Assembly (NCBI RefSeq): GCF_009914755.1
Contig: NC_060933.1
Origin: the human T2T-CHM13v2.0 reference genome, Homo sapiens
DNA length: 64,000 bases
Reading direction: 5' to 3' (one strand)
The translations under genes and the position numbers were made by a program. The notes below the pieces were generated by a model. That model was given only the letters and a program-made list of their open reading frames with translations, was not told the DNA's origin and did no database searches. Positions 56,111 through 64,000 of this stretch are shown here, one piece after another (position 1 is the first letter of the stretch; each line of letters starts with the position of its first letter).

Positions 56111-56339
56111 ATGGTTAACAACAAGACTTCTTGTTGATTATAATAGCAGTAGTGCTTGCAATAACCGGGAAGCACAGAGCCCACCTGGCAGAAGGAAAAC
56201 GAATGGCAAAGTTTGTGTGTGTGTTGGGGGGCGGGGGTGGGGGGATTTGTCGCAGCACTGGGTGGAGGGAGCTGCAGAAGCCAGGGTCCGCTTTGGCCAG
56301 GCAGGGGTGGGGGGAGTTGGGGCTGGAGGGAGACTGGGG

Positions 56340-57315
56340 CCGTTGCGCCTCCCCCTCCCTCTCTCCCGCCCCCGGCGCGCCATCGGCGGGAGGCGCAGGT
56401 GTCCACTGCATCCTGCGCGTCCCCATCCCTCGCTGCCCTGGCCGGGGCCCCAGCTCCTTTCTGCCTTCCGCCCCGCGTCCTCCCCTAACCTCGGATCTGG
56501 ACGGGCGAACAGTGGGGCTGGGAAAGTTTGAGTCACGATTGGGGGAGGGGAGGAGGCGGGCCGTGACCCTGAACGGGGTGGGCTCTAGGACCCGCCTCGG
56601 GCGCCCAGCAGGCGGACCCGCCGCGCGCCCCTATCCCTCGCGCACTGGCCGCGGCCCGACGGAGCAAGGCACTGCCTGCAGCCGCCGTGTGCACCGGGGC
56701 GGCCGGCTAGCTCCGACCTGCGCCTCCACCGCAGCACCCGCAGCCAGAGCCGCGCTCGGCATGATGCCCGGGGCGCCGCTCCTGCGGCTGCTGACCGCGG
56801 TCTCTGCGGCAGTGGCAGTGGCAGTGGCCGGGGCGCCCGGGACGGTAATGCCCCCCACCACGGGGGACGCCACCCTGGCCTTCGTCTTCGACGTCACCGG
56901 CTCCATGTGGGACGAACTGATGCAGGTGATCGATGGCGCCTCGCGCATTCTGGAACGCAGTCTGAGCCGCCGCAGCCAGGCCATCGCCAACTACGCGCTG
57001 GTGCCCTTCCACGACCCAGGTAGCGCCCCCGCACCCCCGCCCGCCGGGCGCCCCCTTCGAGGTGCTCTCACCTGCCTGACCCCCTCAGTTGGCCCCGAAC
57101 GCACCTGGACGTCGTGGGCTGCGCCGCGGCTTGGCGGGCGCGCCTTCTCGGCATATCCGCGCTGCGGGTACCCTGGCCACCTGGGCAGTCCTTGCAGCTG
57201 TCCCTTCCCTCCCACCCCCCTGGAACATTCCCTCGCTCAAGGAACCTGCTCTCCCTGCTCTCCCGCGCCGTTGTGAGACTTCAGCAAGTGACCTCACCTT
57301 CCCGCGCCTTACCGG
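56340..57315. promoter_or_regulatory. HMCN2: CpG island / TATA-less promoter of HMCN2
   Basis: Very high GC and CpG density spanning exon 1. AP-1 site TGAGTCA 56529-56535, inverted CCAAT (ATTGG) 56538-56542, GA/GC boxes 56541-56562. Confidence 0.85.
56761..57019 (+). CDS. HMCN2: HMCN2 (hemicentin-2) coding exon 1, 259 nt: signal peptide plus start of the vWA domain
   Basis: [26 protein letters not shown] (signal peptide), [11 protein letters not shown] (hemicentin MIDAS-like DxTxS), [10 protein letters not shown]. Phase-1 donor CAG|gtagcg at 57020. Confidence 0.96.
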
Positions 57316-57732
57316 CCCCACCTATGAAATGGTGAGGATGGCCTCCCAGACTTGCTGAGATGTTGAAATGAGGCATTCCTCTCGAGGACTTGGGACGCTA
57401 CGAGCCTTTGCAGGGCTTTTCCTTTGGCCAATTCTTAGAATTCGCTCCCAGCGGAGGCTTGGAGACCGGAATGGCTCCCAGAGGCAGGCCTTGAGACGAA
57501 ATGGGGTCCACCACGGACCCTGCAGTGGGGAGCGGACTCACCCTTGCTGGTCTTGTCCCCTCGCCTGTCTTCCCTGGGGAAAGGGCAGCGCCTCTCGTGT
57601 GCTGGCCCCGTGGCCTCCACCTGCTGTGTTCTCACAGCTGAGTTCCGCCCTAACTCCTTCTTCCCTGCACGCTGCACCTCTGCTTCCCCTTTAACCCCCT
57701 GCCTTGCAGCTCAGTGTTAGGGGCGCCCTTGA

Positions 57733-58125
<393 letters not shown>

Positions 58126-58314
58126 CTCCCCAGCGTTTTTTAATGGAAAATTTCAAACTTACAGTAAAATGGGGAGAAACATACATGGAACCGCCTATGC
58201 CCACCGAGAGCCTCTGAGTCATATTTTGCTTTATCACATCTCTCTATCATTCACCCCTCTGTCAAGGATAGCTTTATAAAGCAACAAACAAACAAACAAA
58301 CAACCCCCCCAAAT

Positions 58315-58317
<3 letters not shown>

Positions 58318-58359
<42 letters not shown>
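58318..58359. repeat. Perfect (AC)n microsatellite, about 21 units
   Basis: Uninterrupted ac repeat. Confidence 0.97.
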
Positions 58360-58364
<5 letters not shown>

Positions 58365-60648
58365 GATTCCTTGCTAAATTGTACTGCAGAGTGTTCTTGT
58401 GCTGAAGAAATAGACGGTGGCCATTGGCTGTATGAGCCAGCAAGTCCTTGCAGAGGGATTTGCATTTATTAATCACAATACCATTACAGGTTCTTAGAAA
58501 ATGGACAAAACAGTGGGAAGACATAGTTCTACGTAGGCTTCAGGCTGAGTTTGTGGTCTAGGGGCTTGGAGGCCCCTCTGCTTCCAGGAGTTCTGGGCAC
58601 CACAGGGTTTTGCAGCTCAAAGCTCAGAAGCCAAGGCTCTAGACAAAGATTTCTAGGAACATCAGATGGACAGCTTCTATCTTGGAGTCAGGGGGCAACC
58701 AAGCTGGGGGTTGTGAGGAGGTGGGCTGTGAAGTGTGTTCTGGCACTTAAGCTGGAACACAGGTCACCCTCCGTCTCCCCAGCTCTCTCACCCACTTTCT
58801 GAATTGTTCTGGGGCTTCCGAAGACATCACACTGAAGGAGCTTAGAGATCGTTGAATCTACCCCTTTATCTTACAGTTGGAAAAACTGAGGCTCAGGACA
58901 CTGATGAGACTTTCCCAAGGCCACCTGCCAGGGTGGCGTCATTCCTGAATCATAACCCACATTTGTCTCTGAAATATGTGGCTCCAGTGGCCCAGCAGGA
59001 TAGCAGCCTTTCAGAGCCAGATGTCGTGTCCTGAAGCCCAGACCAGGGTTCCTGAGACTGTCCTCGCTGCCCCATTTGTGGCCATGAGCCTCAGGAAGCC
59101 CACCTCCCACCCCTGCTCTTCCCTCTCCTCTCTGGGCACTGAGCTGGTGGGCAGTTCTCCAGCCTTCACCAGGCTCAGCCCCCTCACTCCATCCTCTATG
59201 AAACAAAAATCCAGTTCTCCATCCTGGTTCCCCAAATTAGCTTCCGAGTGACACCCCCAGGTTCAGACGTCGGGGAGACTTCAGCACCATGGAGCCCTTG
59301 ATCTGTGTAGAGCCCAGGGAGGCTCACAGTGTAAAGGGGCATGGTTCATTCCACGGGGCTGGTAGCCCTCTGGGACAGGCCAGGTGGGGAGTAGAAAGTG
59401 ACATGTGGTGGCTCAGGTGCCAACTCCTGGCCATGGGCCAGTAAGCAAGGAAGGGGGCTAAGGAAAGACCCCCCCCTGAGGAAGCAGCCTGTGAGTAGGG
59501 CCTGAAGAACATCAGTGAATGTTTACTGGGTTTTGGCCGTTTGCCTGGCAGATGCCAGGTGCTGGGAACACAGCAGGGAGAGAGGACTCCCTGGGGCATG
59601 TGGAGCTGGCTGGGTAAGGACCGGGGGATGGACAGGAGGGCTGATGTGGAGGGACAGGTGTGTGTGGGAGCTGGGTGTGCACGGGAGGAGTGGAGCGGGA
59701 AAGTGGGGAAGGGCAAGATTGGACACAGCCGTGAGTGCAGGGCCGATTGATGCCTTGGCGGACTTGGATTTCCTTTTCCTTCTATGGGCTGTGAACAGCC
59801 ACCGAGGGCTTCTGAGCAGCAGTTTGGAACTGTGATTTAGGCCTGGCTGTGCCTTTTGAATCAGCAAATAGAATCCCCTTTGGTGGAAGAGGAACTTGAG
59901 AAACGGGTTGTAGCTGTTTGTTCCAGCTCCCAGAGCTGCACAGCGGGAGGGTTTTCTTAAAGTAAGCCCCTCTCCTAAACCCCAAGAGGCGGGTGCGGGG
60001 CAAATCGTGGCGGTTCTAGACTGTTCCTGCTTGGAGACAAACTAAGATCCGTGCTTCGGAAATTTTACAGTTTCTAAATTAAAAATTGTATGTTCCCAGA
60101 GTAGAAAAGTTAGAAATTTGCTAATCATTGCAAAAGAGCCCTGGTTCCTTTTTTTTTTTTTTTTTTTTGAAATTAGTAGTAGAAACCAAGATCTAGTGCT
60201 AAAATTTAGGTTGTTTTCAGTGTTTCTATATTAAAATGTTACTAAGAAACTCTCTTGTAAAAATCTTTGTCTGCATCTTTGATTGGTTTTTACGTAGGCT
60301 TAAGTTCCTTGAAGTGGAATTCTAGGCCATTTTTAACACACCGAGTGGGGGGACGACTCTTCAGGTTGTTTTCCAGAATGTTTCAGGAGATTGAACTTCC
60401 ACCAGAACTGTTTCAGGGGCCCGTTTCAGCACAGCCACCCCCAACACTGGAAATTAATATAAAAACCTTTCTTTTCTAATTCAAAAATGGAAAATGATAT
60501 CTTCTTGTTTCAATTGCTAGTGAGGTTCAATATGTCTTTCAAGCGTTCACTAGATATTTTTGGTATGAATTTCTTATTTTGTAAACTGTCAGTTTCTTTG
60601 CAAATTTTTTCATGGGAGTTTTAGTGCTTTTATTTTTAGTTGGAATGA

Positions 60649-63803
<3,155 letters not shown>

Positions 63804-64000
63804 TGACATGTAGAAAAACTTGTCAACTTCCAAAAATTTTTTTCTACTGTGATTTTTCTTGGAATTGTGTTAAATCTTGATTTTGGGGAAGAGTTATCAT
63901 TTTCAAAAAACTCTATTGTTCTCATCCATCAGACATGCCTCTTGTTCTGTTCACATTTATTTCTTTTAGTAAAGATTCATAGTTTTTCTTTGTAAAGATT

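Noticed and set aside
56131-57276. 381-aa ORF as a single-exon gene or an N-terminally extended HMCN2 (in-frame ATG at 56203)
   Set aside because: Only 56761-57019 is hemicentin-like. The upstream part crosses promoter elements, is low-complexity G/R/P/A and would bury the signal peptide; stop-free frames are expected in a CpG island.

Overview
Human (primate) genomic DNA, GC-rich and Alu-dense, recognisable from the encoded peptides as the NCS1-HMCN2 region of 9q34. Both genes are on the + strand. The window starts inside NCS1 intron 2. It holds NCS1 coding exons 3-7 (last base of W30 to V190, stop at 17363-17365), a 6.5-kb Alu-packed intron inside the 3'UTR, and a non-coding last exon from 23870 to about 27520 or 28180, with two poly(A) signal sites. 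About 28 kb of repeat-rich intergenic DNA follows, then the CpG-island promoter, coding exon 1 and start of intron 1 of HMCN2 (hemicentin-2). About 50 Alus are present, plus L1, MIR, MaLR LTR and hAT DNA-transposon relics. Nearly all ORF-track entries are spurious (Alu, microsatellite or GC-rich frames). I found no convincing undescribed gene or novel multi-gene system. The most interesting unexplained structures are: (i) an Alu-Alu-mediated tandem duplication in NCS1 intron 4, whose second spacer became a 13-unit palindromic AT-rich VNTR; (ii) a perfect CTCF core motif in the NCS1 3'UTR just upstream of a triple AATAAA; (iii) the 3'UTR intron geometry (junction 17 nt after the stop, 10 Alus in both orientations, duplicated branch point), which could act as a UTR-only NMD or dsRNA switch; (iv) several nested retro-insertions with readable target-site duplications (TSDs). 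Exon numbering and repeat subfamily calls come from recognition, not from running tools. Repeat boundaries are approximate (about 10-20 bp for Alus, looser for old L1, LTR and MIR relics).
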